A stretch of 64,000 nucleotides of DNA from an uncultured virus (IMG/VR IMGVR_UViG_3300042366_001473) (Duplodnaviria > Heunggongvirae > Uroviricota > Caudoviricetes): IMG/VR virus record IMGVR_UViG_3300042366_001473. One strand, written 5' to 3'. Shown piece after piece: positions 17,395 through 30,100 of the stretch. The translations under genes and the position numbers were made by a program. Numbering within the stretch: position 1 is the first letter of the stretch; each line of letters starts with the position of its first letter. Under the pieces are notes generated by a model. The model was not told the DNA's origin. It was given only the letters and a program-made list of their open reading frames with translations, and did no database searches.

Positions 17395-20300
17395 ATGGCA
17401 CAGACTACTAGACAAACAGCTATATTTGGAGTTGAAGACTGGAAACAGATCTATCAAACTTATCGCGAAGCAGACTTTCAAAGCTATGACTTTGAAACGC
17501 TGCGCAAGAGTTTCATTGATTATATTCGTCTTTACTATCCTGAATCATTCAATGACTACATTGAAAGTTCAGAGTTTATTGCGCTGCTGGACGTTATTGC
17601 GTTCATGGGTCAGGCGCTGGCATTTCGTACAGATCTAAACACTCGAGAAAACTATCTAGACACTGCTGAACGTCGTGACAGTGTGGTACGATTGGCCGAC
17701 TTGGTCAGCTACACTGCCAAACGCAACACAGCAGCACAAGGTCTGCTGAAAGTGTTCAATGTGACTACCACAGAAAATGTAGTAGACTACAACGGCGTAA
17801 ACCTAAGCAACGTTACTGTGAACTGGGCTGACCCCACAAACCCTGACTGGCAAGAACAGTTCACTGCTATTGTGAACGCCAGTCTAGTGGACAGCCAGCG
17901 TGTGGGTCGTCCAGGCAATCGTCAAACCATACTGGGTGTACGTACAGATGAATACGCCATTAACCTGGTACCAGGATTTTTGCCAGTGGTGCCATACTCG
18001 GCCACTGTAGACGGCATCAACATGCCTTTTGAAGCTGTTACATCCAGCACAGTAGGTACTGATGTAATCTATGAACCCAGTCCTGTGTCAGGCACCAGTT
18101 TCAACGTGTTGTACCGCAATGACCAACTGGGCTTCAATTCAGACAACACTGGCTATTTCTTTTTGTTCAAGCAAGGTATTTTACAAAGTCAAGACTTCAA
18201 CTTGGCTGAACGCATCGCCAATCGCACAGTAGATATCAATATTGAAGGTATCAACAACGAAGATCGTTGGATTTTCCAACTGGACAACGTAGGCAGTATT
18301 GCTCGCGAATGGACCTATGTTGAAAACGTATACACCGCAGCAGCTGAACAAGTTACCACTCTGCGTCCAATTTATTCAACTACTAGCCGTGCCAACGATC
18401 AAATAACTGTGGTGTTTGGCGATGGCGTGTTCTCAGAAATTCCTGTAGGAACATTCCGTGCATATGTTCGCAGCTCAAATGGATTGCAGTACATTATCAA
18501 TCCTGAAGAAATGCAAAACGTTGTGATTCCCATCAGTTACACTGACCGCAACGGAAATCTGCAGACCATCACATTCACCTGTGGTATCACACGCCCTGTG
18601 ACCAACGCTCAGGCTCGTGAACCTATTGCTGCCATTAAGCAGCGTGCTCCTGCTCGTTATTACACACAAAACCGTATGGTCAACGGCGAAGACTACAACC
18701 TGTTTCCGTTCACTCAGTACAACAGCATTATCAAGAGCAAGGCTCTGAATCGTTCCAGCATTGGTACCAGTCGATATCTGGATCTGGTAGACAACACTGG
18801 CAAATATTCTAGCACCAACACATTTGGCAGCGATGGCGGACTGTGGGAACAAAATATTCTTCCTACAATTTTGTTCTCCTGGACCAACCGCAATGAAATT
18901 GCAGATGTTATCAATAATCAAGTACAACCAGCATTGACAGAAGCCACAGTCAAACAGTTTTATTACGCAAACTTCCCCCGTGAAGCAGCCAACACTATTG
19001 AAGTTGTGTGTACAGGGACTACTGCAACTGTCAATTCTGTTACAGTCAGCTCTGCCACTGCAGCTTTGTTTGATCAATATGTGTTTGACAACATGCCTGT
19101 GGTGTTTGGCACAGCCGATGACGGTGCAGTTTTTGGCGGACTGATTGGCGGAGTAACCTATTATGTCAGACCAGGCAGCTGGAATCTGACCGCACGAACT
19201 TTTACTGTAAGCACCGTGGCCAACGGTGGTGTGTTTCCGTTGACCACTACAGTGGGCAGATCAGTAACAACCGTGGCTACCACTGTGACTGGCAACACAA
19301 TATGGAATCAAAGTACCACACTGGCCAACGAAACCACCGGCTATTTCAAAACTGCCACAGGTACACCCGTAGCAGTAGGGTCCGAATCTGGCACAGTGTT
19401 CCGCTACGCTGTCAATGGCAGCTTGATCAAGTTTGTGGCTCCAGCAGGACAGTATTTTGATCGCAACAACCGATTGCAAACTGGTATCCCTACTCGCACA
19501 GAACAAAAAACTGAAATATGGGCCAGCCCAGTGCAGGTCATTGGTGACGGAACCAATTCAGGTCTGGGCAATCTCACCAACGGATCAGGGCCAATTGTGC
19601 TCAACAACTTTGTGCCAACTGGTGCCATTGTAGACACTATTATTTCGTTGTTCGTGACAGATTTGCCCTTGAGCATCGAACAACAGATGGCAGAACAAAT
19701 TGTGTTGTTCCGTAATTTTGGCCTGGGGTATGACAACAATGGATCAGTTACAGGAACACCCTACACTTGGTATCTAATACCATCAACGTACCTTGATCAG
19801 GATGCACCGTGGAGTCAGGCCAATGCAGGACAACCAGTGCCCGGCGGCGATGCCAGCTGGATGGTGCAGTTTGTGGTTGAAAATCAAAACTACACCATTA
19901 CTTTCCGCGGACTTGCATATTCGTTTGGATCAGTGCTGCAGACACGTTTCTTCTTTTACGAAGATCAACAGGTGTTCGACAGTCGCACTGGCACAGTGAT
20001 CAAAGATTTTATCAACGTGCTGGCCATGAACAGCCAGCCAGGCAACACACTGGGAATACCCCTACAAAGCGACATACCCATGACCATCATTGGTCAGCCA
20101 GTAGAGTCTGACGGTTATGTAGACGACTTTCAGGTGCTGGTCAGCTACCGTGACAGCGACCTTGACGGTGTACCTGACAATCCTGATTTCTTCAAAGAGA
20201 TAGTGGGCACTGTGCCAGTCACAGCCAACACCACTTCACCTTGGATATTCTTGGAACGCACTGTGGACTTTGACAATCTACAAAGATACTTGTTGGTAGA

Positions 20301-21126
20301 CAGTGGCCGAGTCATCAGTCAGTACGGCACACTGGACGAAATAGAACTGGCCAAAACAGAATGGAGTCCGGGTCAAGTGTTTTATGCCTACAGCGAAAAC
20401 ACTTTTTACAGTTTGTCAATCACTGTGACTGGTGTGCGTGAACTCACAGAATTTCAACAAGATGAATGGATTGCACGTTCAGGTAGACAAGGACTATACT
20501 ATCAGTATCGTCACAACTCACCGCTGACCAACCGGATTGATCCAGGCACTACCAACATCATTGACTTGTATGTGGTCACACAGGCATATTACACTGCTTA
20601 TCAAAACTGGTTGCGTGATACCACAGGCACTGTGACAGAACCTCAACAGCCCACTATTGATGAGCTCAATACTGCATACCAAGGATTGCAAAACTACAAA
20701 ATGATTTCAGACAACATTGTGTTGAACTCTGTGACGTTCAAACCGTTGTTTGGAGCCAAGGCAGCCGCTGAATTGCGAGCAACTATCAAAGTAATTCGTG
20801 CACAGAATTCAACTGCCAGCACATCAGAAATCAAGAGTGCGGTTCTGGCTCAGATGAATGAATACTTCAGCATCGACAAGTGGAACTTTGGTGACACGTT
20901 CTACTTCTCAGAATTGGCTGCATATTTGCACCGAACTTTAGGAACCATAATTAGTAGTGTGGTCCTGGTGCCGTTGAATCCTCAAAAGAGTTTTGGTGAT
21001 TTGTACGAAATAAGATCACAACCAAATGAAATTTTTGCCAATGGTGCTACCATTGACAATATTGATGTAATTGAAGCGTTGACAAGTACCAACTTGCGCA
21101 CCGCGCCAGGCAGTGGAGTAATTTAA
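17395..21126 (+). CDS. gp6: Baseplate wedge subunit gp6-like
   Basis: DFETLRKSFIDY...NDYIESSE...ENYLDTAERRDSV, FGDGVF and APARYYTQNRMVNGEDY. ATG 17395 is preferred over the track's TTG 17386. Confidence 0.85.
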   Translation: MAQTTRQTAIFGVEDWKQIYQTYREADFQSYDFETLRKSFIDYIRLYYPESFNDYIESSEFIALLDVIAFMGQALAFRTDLNTRENYLDTAERRDSVVRLADLVSYTAKRNTAAQGLLKVFNVTTTENVVDYNGVNLSNVTVNWADPTNPDWQEQFTAIVNASLVDSQRVGRPGNRQTILGVRTDEYAINLVPGFLPVVPYSATVDGINMPFEAVTSSTVGTDVIYEPSPVSGTSFNVLYRNDQLGFNSDNTGYFFLFKQGILQSQDFNLAERIANRTVDINIEGINNEDRWIFQLDNVGSIAREWTYVENVYTAAAEQVTTLRPIYSTTSRANDQITVVFGDGVFSEIPVGTFRAYVRSSNGLQYIINPEEMQNVVIPISYTDRNGNLQTITFTCGITRPVTNAQAREPIAAIKQRAPARYYTQNRMVNGEDYNLFPFTQYNSIIKSKALNRSSIGTSRYLDLVDNTGKYSSTNTFGSDGGLWEQNILPTILFSWTNRNEIADVINNQVQPALTEATVKQFYYANFPREAANTIEVVCTGTTATVNSVTVSSATAALFDQYVFDNMPVVFGTADDGAVFGGLIGGVTYYVRPGSWNLTARTFTVSTVANGGVFPLTTTVGRSVTTVATTVTGNTIWNQSTTLANETTGYFKTATGTPVAVGSESGTVFRYAVNGSLIKFVAPAGQYFDRNNRLQTGIPTRTEQKTEIWASPVQVIGDGTNSGLGNLTNGSGPIVLNNFVPTGAIVDTIISLFVTDLPLSIEQQMAEQIVLFRNFGLGYDNNGSVTGTPYTWYLIPSTYLDQDAPWSQANAGQPVPGGDASWMVQFVVENQNYTITFRGLAYSFGSVLQTRFFFYEDQQVFDSRTGTVIKDFINVLAMNSQPGNTLGIPLQSDIPMTIIGQPVESDGYVDDFQVLVSYRDSDLDGVPDNPDFFKEIVGTVPVTANTTSPWIFLERTVDFDNLQRYLLVDSGRVISQYGTLDEIELAKTEWSPGQVFYAYSENTFYSLSITVTGVRELTEFQQDEWIARSGRQGLYYQYRHNSPLTNRIDPGTTNIIDLYVVTQAYYTAYQNWLRDTTGTVTEPQQPTIDELNTAYQGLQNYKMISDNIVLNSVTFKPLFGAKAAAELRATIKVIRAQNSTASTSEIKSAVLAQMNEYFSIDKWNFGDTFYFSELAAYLHRTLGTIISSVVLVPLNPQKSFGDLYEIRSQPNEIFANGATIDNIDVIEALTSTNLRTAPGSGVI

Positions 21127-24100
21127 TGGCCCGAGTAAGATCAGTAGACTTTCTACCGGAAATTTTTAGAACAGATGCCAACAAGCAGTTTTTGGCAGCA
21201 ACTCTTGATCAACTGATTCAAGAGCCCAAGTTCAAAAAAACACAAGGTTACATTGGTAGAACAGTTGGACCAGGTGTAAACCCCAACGATCGATATGTAG
21301 TTGAGCCTAGTAAAACTCGCAGTGATTATCAGCTTGAACCAACAGTGATCAATCTGCAACCTGACACCGACAACATTCAAAACGCCATTACCTACCCAGG
21401 TATCAATGATGCCATTGCTTTGCAGGGCGGCAACAGCACCCGACCAGATCGACTGTATCAAAGCGCCTACTACACCTGGGATCCGTTTATTGATTTTGAC
21501 TCGTTTGTGAACTTCAGCCAGTATTACTGGTTGCCCAACGGGCCTGATGCAGTAGAGGTCGCAGCATCCACAGTTCCTACCACCGACAACTATGTGGTCA
21601 ACCGTGAAAATGGAGTATACACATTTTCGGGATTGACTGGCAACAATCCCAACATCGAGTTGGTACGTGGCGGCAGTTACACATTTCAGGTTGCTCAAAA
21701 CAACAAAGAAACTGTGAACTATCGTGTGGGTAATCAGGGCACAGCAGCATATGTAATTGACTTTGAAAACAATCCTGCACTGACATTGGTGCGCGGCAAT
21801 ACCTATGTGTTCAACCTCAACACACAAGGGGTGTATCCATTCTGGATCAAAACAACACCTACCACAGGCACAGGTAATGCATACAACGCTGGAGTCAGCC
21901 GCAATGGCAGCGCCGACGGTCTTGTTACATTTGTTGTGCCACAAGACGCACCCAACACCTTGTACTATATCAGTCAGAACATTGTGAACATGGGCGGCCA
22001 GATCACAGTTGTTGATGCTGTGCCCGGAACAGGACCAGGATTCTGGATTCAAACCAATCCTGGCATTTTGGGAAAGATTCCTACTACTCCCAACATCAGC
22101 AGCAGAGATGTGTTTGGAGTCAGCAACAACGGTGAAGATCTTGGCATAGTCACCTTTGATGTGCCCACACGCACAGCACAAGAGTTTTATTACAATCTTG
22201 ACCCTACAAGTCAGCCAGTTGACTTGGTAACTGAGCTAGAATTTAGTCAGATCAACAATGCCAGACTGGACCTGTTTGTGGCACAATACGGCGGTATTGA
22301 TGGCATTACCAGCCTAGCTGGCCGCAACATTGTGTTCTTGACCAACAACGAGTCTGACGACGCTTGGGAACGAACCAGTTTCTTTGATCCATTGACTGCA
22401 GGATCGGCCAACAACGGTTTGCCAGGCAGCTACGACACTACACTGTATGCTCAAGCCAACGTGGTACCAGTGCAGGACCGTCGTCAGATTTGGCAAATCA
22501 ACTACGTGGTCGACAACGGGCTCATTTACTTGAACTTGACCAAACTCATAAACATTGAACCGCTTCAAAAGTTTTCGGTAAGATTTGGAACGACCTACAG
22601 CAATACCAATTGGTACAAAACCAACATTGGCGAAATCTCACAAATCCCATTGTTGACAGCCAATCTAAACACACTGTACTATCAAGATGGCACTGATCCA
22701 GAAATATTTGGTCGTATCACATTGTTAGAGCAGCCTGAGGAATCTACGTTGTTTATCAACAACATTCTTGGCGCGACCAACTATACTTCGCCCAACGGTG
22801 TGGAATTTACCAATGGACTCAAAGTGGTGTTCCGTGGAGATGTTCGTCCTGCTAGCTACAAATCTGGTACTACTGAGTTCTTGTGCACCAACACCACAGC
22901 GGGCACCAACACCATCACAGTTTACAGCACAGCAGATCTGTACCCTGGGTTGGAAGTGGTGTTCATTGATCCCACTGGTGGCCTAATCAGCGGTGTGACT
23001 TACTATGTAAGCAGCGTGGTCAACTTGTTTGAATTCACAGTGTCTACAACTCCGGGCGGAATGCCAGTTACACTGACCACTACATCCGCTGAATTTTCAG
23101 CAATAGCTGTGGTCTACAAAGAATATTATGTAGACGGAGTAGGCACCGGTATTCGCTTGTTGCCAGTCACTGACTTTGTTACTCCCGAGCCATATGTTGA
23201 AGCCAGCAACGACAGCAGCTTGCCTGTGCCTGAAGAACCTGACTATCTTACTATTGATCGCAGCAGTCGTGACCTTAACGCATGGAGCCGATCAAACCGT
23301 TGGTTCCATATCGATGTGATCAACGCCACATCACAGTACAACGGTACAGTGGCCACATTGGACAACAATTACAGAGCCAAACGTGCTATTATTCAGTTTA
23401 GACCTGACCTAAAACTGTTCAACATGGGTACAGAAGGCAAACAGCCAGTGGACATTATTGATTTTGACGAAACTGATGCACTGAGTAATATACAAGGTGC
23501 TACTAGTTATTCTGTGGATGGCTATAATTTTGTCAATGGCACTCGAGTAATTTTTGCTGCCGACGAAGACAACCAAGTAAGAAACAAAATTTATGTGGTT
23601 GAGTTTATTACTCCTGACACAGTGCTGCCACTGATGGCACAGCCAATCATCAATTTGACATTGGCCAGCGACGGCAATGTGGCAGTGAATCAAAGCACAT
23701 TGGTGCTGCAAGGACAAACCTTGCAAGGGGACACTTACTGGTACGATGGTATAACCTGGACAAAGGCACAACAAAAGACTGCGATACAACAAGCACCGTT
23801 GTTTGATGTATACGACTCCAACGGCATAAGCTTTGGTAACCGTGCAGTATATCCAAGCTCAAACTTTGTGGGCAGTAAATTGTTTAGCTATGCTGTAGGA
23901 GACACTGGTATTCTTGACGCTGTGCTAAAAATACCTCTCAAATATCTAAATATTGCCAATGTGGGAGACATTGTTTTTGACAACAATCTTTACACAGACA
24001 CATTTGTGTACACTCTCGGCAGTGTGAGTACAACACAATCAGTCAGTGATGGGTTTGTGCGTGAGTATTCGTCTCGTACAGAGTATCAGTCATTGATTGG

Positions 24101-27100
24101 TTGGCAAAATGCTGCTACCACCAGTCAGATTTATCAACAATTTAAATTTACCTACTCTGGACAACCTTTGCTGATTGATGTCAGAGTAGATGACGTTACC
24201 ACAGTGCCTGTGTTGAAAATATATGTGGGATCGCAGTTTGTGTTGCCTGGCGATTACACTTATACACGCACCAACAACACCACTACCATTGTGTTGTCTA
24301 AGATCTATTCGCCCGACGATGTAATTGAAGTGTCAGCACTGAGTCAGCAGATCAGCAAAACAGGGTTTTATCAAGTACCTATCAACCTGGAAAACAACCC
24401 GTTGAACAGCAACAGCCCAACTTATACACTGGGCACTGTTCGTCAACACTATCAGTCTATCTGCGAAAATTTGCCTGCATTTGCTGGATCTATATCAGGC
24501 TCCAACAACACTCGAGACCTTGGCAACCTGGTGCCCTACGGCCTGATAATTCTTCAACAGAGTTCTCCAATGACCATGCTGGGCTATTTCATGCGCAGCG
24601 AAGAATACAATATTTTTAATTCGTTGGTCTACAACAGTCGTGAATATATCAAGATAAAAAACTTGATTCTCAACAATGTGACTCAGCAGCTGATACAGTT
24701 TGAAACTCCTGCCCAGATATTAGACGAAGCCATTGAAACTTTGACTGCAGGAAAAGTAGATACACAGCCATTCTATTGGACTGACATGTTGCCATCAGGC
24801 GCTGTGTACACTGACACCAATTACACAGTGAGCTTCACAACCACAGATGTATTTGACACAGTACAAGTTTACAATTACTCTAGCTCCAACTACTTAGGTA
24901 TGAACGTGTACCTCAATAGCGAAATCTTGACACGAAATCTAGACTATGTTGTGGCCAGCGACGGACCTCGAATCACAGTGTTAACTGCATTGACTCTGGG
25001 AGATCAATTGACCATTCGTGAGTACACTGCTACCTACGGAAGTTTTGTGCCCAATACTCCTACTAAAATGGGATTGTATCCAGTTTGGCGTCCTGAAACA
25101 ATCACTATACAGGCCACATCAGGTCCACAGTCAGTGATAGTCGGTCATGACGGATCAATTACACCAGTGTTTGGCGACATTCGGGACGATGTGTTGTTGG
25201 AATTCGAAACAAGAATTTTCAACAACATCAAGATGGATGGCAATCCTATTCCGCTGTCTACTGCTGATGTAATTCCTGGACAGTTCCGTGACACAGGATA
25301 TTCTGTCAGCGATGTAGACACTATTTTGAATCAGCAGTTTTTGAGCTATGTAGCCTGGAACAAACTTGATTACACCACTCAAGACTACAGTGTGTCTAAT
25401 CAGTTTACTTGGAACTACAGCACAGCACAAAGCAAACTCGATGGTGAAGACTTGCCTGGCGCCTGGCGCGGCATATACCAATACTATTACGACACCCAGC
25501 AACCACAACTGACCCCATGGGAAATGTTGGGGCTATCTGTAAAACCACTGTGGTGGGACGACACCTACGGTCCAGCCCCTTATACTTCGGGCAACTTGGT
25601 TCTATGGGACGACCTTGAAGCAGGTTATATTCGTGATCCTGTGGCCCCTTACTTTGATCCACGGTATGCACGCCCAGGGCTGACTGACGTTGTCCCCACT
25701 GGTGAGGAAGGAAACTTGCTGAGTCCTTTTAACTCTGTGGTTGGTACTTACAACGACAGCCAGTTCCGCAAGAGCTGGAGTCTTGCTGATGGCGGTCCAG
25801 TGCAAGCATCCTGGTACAACAGCTCAGATTATCCGTTTGCAGTGATGAGACTGCTGGCCCTTACTAGGTCTGCTGAATTTTTTGCACTGTTTGCTGACCG
25901 AGATCTGTATCGTTACAACATTGCACAAGATCAATATTTGTACAACAATCGCTACCGACTGGACGCCAATGGTATTGAAGTCTACGGCGACGGCGTCAGC
26001 AAAGCCAGTTACATCAACTGGATTGTGGACTACAACCGACAAAGTGGCCTAGACTCTACTGAAGATTTGACTGCCAACTTGGCTAGTTTAGATGTAAGAC
26101 TGAGTTATAGGCTGGCTAGTTTTTCAGACAAGCAATACATCAAGGTCTTTACAGAAAAGTCTAGCCCAAATTCTACCAACACAACTTTCTTGATTCCTGA
26201 CGAAAGTTACAATCTGGTATTGTACAAAAACCAGCCGTTTGAGCGTGTGAGTTACAGTTCTGTGCTGATACAGCAAGTACCCGGAGGGTATGCTGTGTTT
26301 GGCTACAGTACCGTGCAACCATATTTCAGTGTGCTACAAAGCCGACCAAATGGACAATTGCAAACCATCAGCGTAGCAGGTGCAACTGTGCGTGTGCCTA
26401 CTGCATATTCAAACACTGTGGTGCAGATACCCTACGGATATATTTTCAACAACACTACCAGTGTGGTTGACTTTTTGTTGAGCTTGGGCAAGTATTACGA
26501 AACACAGGGCTTGGTATTTGACAACATTGACAATGGTTATGTGCTGACCTGGGCTCAAATGTCTCAAGAATTCCTGTACTGGAGCCAGCAAGGGTGGAAT
26601 GAAGATGCCATTATCAACCTCAACCCATTGGCGACCAAACTCAGTGTGAGTCGTGATCAAGCAGTGGTTGACAGCATTCAAGCACAAACCAGCGAAAATG
26701 TGCTGTTGGATCAAAACCGTCAGGAACTGCCAACTCGAAATGTAAATGTGGTCAGAATTGACAACACATTCACTGTACAACCGTTGGTGGATCAAACTCT
26801 TAGCTTTGTTGAGCTCAAGTACACTTCCTACGAGCACATGATTGTGTTGGACAACGTCAGTGTGTTTGGTGATTTGATCTATGACCCGACCACCGGAGCT
26901 CGCCAGAGCCGCCTCAACTTGGTAATGACCAACAGCAGCGACTGGAACGGCAGTGTAGATGCTCAAGGTTTTATTCTCAATCAAGACAATGTGGAAGAAT
27001 GGACTGGCGCAAGAACCTACAGCAAGGGCGAAATTGTTCGTTACAAGAATCGATTCTGGAGCGCAGCAACCATTGTTCAACCCAGTGCAATTTTCAATTT

Positions 27101-30100
27101 CAGTGATTGGTTGCAAAGCGAGTATGAACAGATTGAACAAGGCCTGTTGCCTAACTTGGCCAACAAAGCTGACCAGTTGGAAAACAGCTACAACATCAAC
27201 ACAGCCAACCTTGATGCCGAAAACGACTTGTTTAGCTATGGACTGATTGGTTTTAGACCACGTGAATACATGGCAGCATTGAACCTTGATGATGTCAGCC
27301 AGATCAATGTGTATCGTCAATTCTTGGGCAGCAAAGGAACCATTCTCAGTGCTGAACTGTTCAAACAGGCTGACTTGGGCAAGGAAAGTGCTGAGTACGA
27401 CATTTATGAAAACTGGGCAGTTCAGCGTGCAGTGTACGGCGCCAACGCAAATCGCAGTTATGTAGAGCTACGACTGAACCGTGCATTGCTGAGTGCCAGC
27501 CCAAGTTTGATTCAAGTTACAAATCCTCAAGAACCCAGTATAGCTGATCAACAGATATTTTTAGGTAATGTGTGGAGACAGAGTTTCAAACTGACATCGC
27601 CGGACTATTTGCCAACCACTACTGAATTGCCAACTGATATAGGGCTGCCTGGTGCAGGTTATGTGAACCTAGACGACGTTGACATCACAGTGTTTGACAT
27701 CAATGACTCTGCCAACATTGCAGCCAACATTGAAAAAGTTGTTGACGGTGCCACTATATGGGCGGCCAAAGTCAACAACTATGATTGGAATGTGTATCAA
27801 TGCAACGCTGTGCCAGGCATCATAAGTCATGTTTGCGACAATTTGGATTTTACCAGTCGAGTGGTGTTTAGCCAGCAACACGGATTGGCCGTGGGCGACA
27901 AACTGATTATCAAGTACTTTGACAGCGAAGTTGACGGTGTATACGATGTGTTGACTGTGCCTGGATTGACAGAAGTAACCATTGCATTCCAGTTTGCGGG
28001 CAACCGCACAGTGGCCAATGGCAACGGTATAGGATTCACGCTCAAAAGTTTGCGTGTGGCACAGGCCAGTGATGTAGTTGACTTGCCTTATGCCAACACC
28101 ATAGACAATACTTTGACTGTTTGGGTAGACAACAATGGCAACAATCTATGGGAAGTGCTAGAAAAAGATGTAGTATTCGATCAAGTCACTGAACTGGCTC
28201 CAAAGGTTTTGGATGCACGAGAAGAATACGGTCGAGCAATCAGTCAGGCTACCAATCAGTTTGCAGCCATAGTTGGCAGTCCCAACTACCTTACTGGCAC
28301 CAATCCTTACACTCGAGGAGCAGTGTATGTGTATGTCAAAGACTTCAGCAGCACTTATCAGCCAGTGAGTCCAGTCACTGACGCAGATGCTATACTCACG
28401 CTGGATGTACAAACCAGCGCAGGCTCAGGTGTGCCAGCAGCACGCGGTTATGGATTCTCTGTGGACTTTGGCAGCACCAACTGGGCAGTTGCTGGTGCTC
28501 CCTACAGTTTGGGGTCTGCTAGCCAAGCCAACAATGGATATGCCGCTGTAATCTATCGAGATCAGGCTACCTACACTCCAGGTTCTAACCCTTACAGCAA
28601 CTGGCAACTATTGACCACTCCTGGCAGCGTCAGTGCAGATCAAGGCAAGTTTGGCTACAGTGTGGCCATGAGCCAAGACGAGCGTTGGATGTATGTTGGT
28701 GCGCCTGCAGTCAATAGAGTGTATGCATATGGACGAGTTGATTGGCAAGATCAAACAGTCACTGCTCGCGGCAACGGCGCCACCGAAACATTCTCTATTG
28801 GTAACGCAATTAGAATTGCGTTTGACACTCAATTACGTGTTACCTTGGACGGAGCAATCCAGCAGTTAAACACTGATTACACTGTGGACTCCACAGTGGT
28901 ACCAGCAGGATTCTTCACTGTTGGGACACAGTACACCATTGTGTCTGTAGGATCAACTAATTTTACATTGATTGGTGCCGCATCAAACACTGTGGGAGTA
29001 ACATTTACTGCCACAGGCCCTGGTACTGGTACTGGAACAGCCAGTGTTGGATTTACTTCAGTAACATTTACAACCCCTCCTGCTGACAATGTGTTGATTG
29101 CAATCACCCGCATTTCGCTGCTACAGTTGACAACCAACGGCAGCACAGTTCAGTTTGATTTGGCACCATATTTGTATCAAGTAAGTCTGTCAGACAGCAC
29201 AATCGACAGTTTTAGTGTTGAAATCAACACAGTGCTGCAACGTCCCAACATTGATTACACATTCAACAGCACCACCAAAAGAATTACATTCACCACTGCT
29301 CCGGGCTCTGCAGATGTGGTAGTTGTGCGAGCCAAAGGTTTCTGGCAGTACGTAGGCGCATTGACAGTTGCAGGCCTAGCATCAGATGCTGGCTTTGGAA
29401 CCAGTGTGAGTTGCACCACAGACGGTAGACAAGTACTGATTGGTACACCAACTGTGACTGCTGCTGGCAAAGTGCAGGCAGGATTGGTCTACGTTTTTGA
29501 CAGAAATGTTCAACGCTTTATCTATCAAGGCGGCAGCGACATTGTGTTTGATGTAGAAGGTAGCCCAGTTGAGCCAATAAGTGTTGTGGTCAACAATCAG
29601 TTTTTGATCAACGAAACTTACAGTTATCCTGGAGACACGTTTACTTTTGGAGTGGACGGTAACAGTGTGATTGTGAATCAGCCTCTAAGCGCCGGCGACA
29701 TTGTTGAGATAGAAACCAACCAGTTTGCATTGGTACAACAAGTTGCACAAAACGTCATTGAAGAGTTTTCAAATTTTGGGCAAAGCGTGGATATTTGTTC
29801 TTACAACTGTAGCTTGTATGTGGGTGCACCACAAAGCAGTTTGCAAATTTACAAAGGCGGCATAGTTGAACGACAAGTCAACCAGGCCAGAGTTTACGGC
29901 ACAATCACATCTACTGTGTCCAATCCCACACTCACTGCAGGCAATACACTGCGTGTCAACAACATTGATGTTGCTGTGCCAGCAGGAGCAGGAGCCAACT
30001 TGGCCGGGTTGGCCACAGCAATTAGCAACATTGTGCCCAACACCACAGCCTCTGTGACCTCAGATGGCAAAATAACAATCAGTGTTGCCAACACAAATGC

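Noticed and set aside
15744..27320. Long antisense ORFs (15744..16475, 21153..22181, 26409..27320 and similar)
   Set aside because: These are shadow frames of strongly biased structural genes, with no motifs or translation signals.
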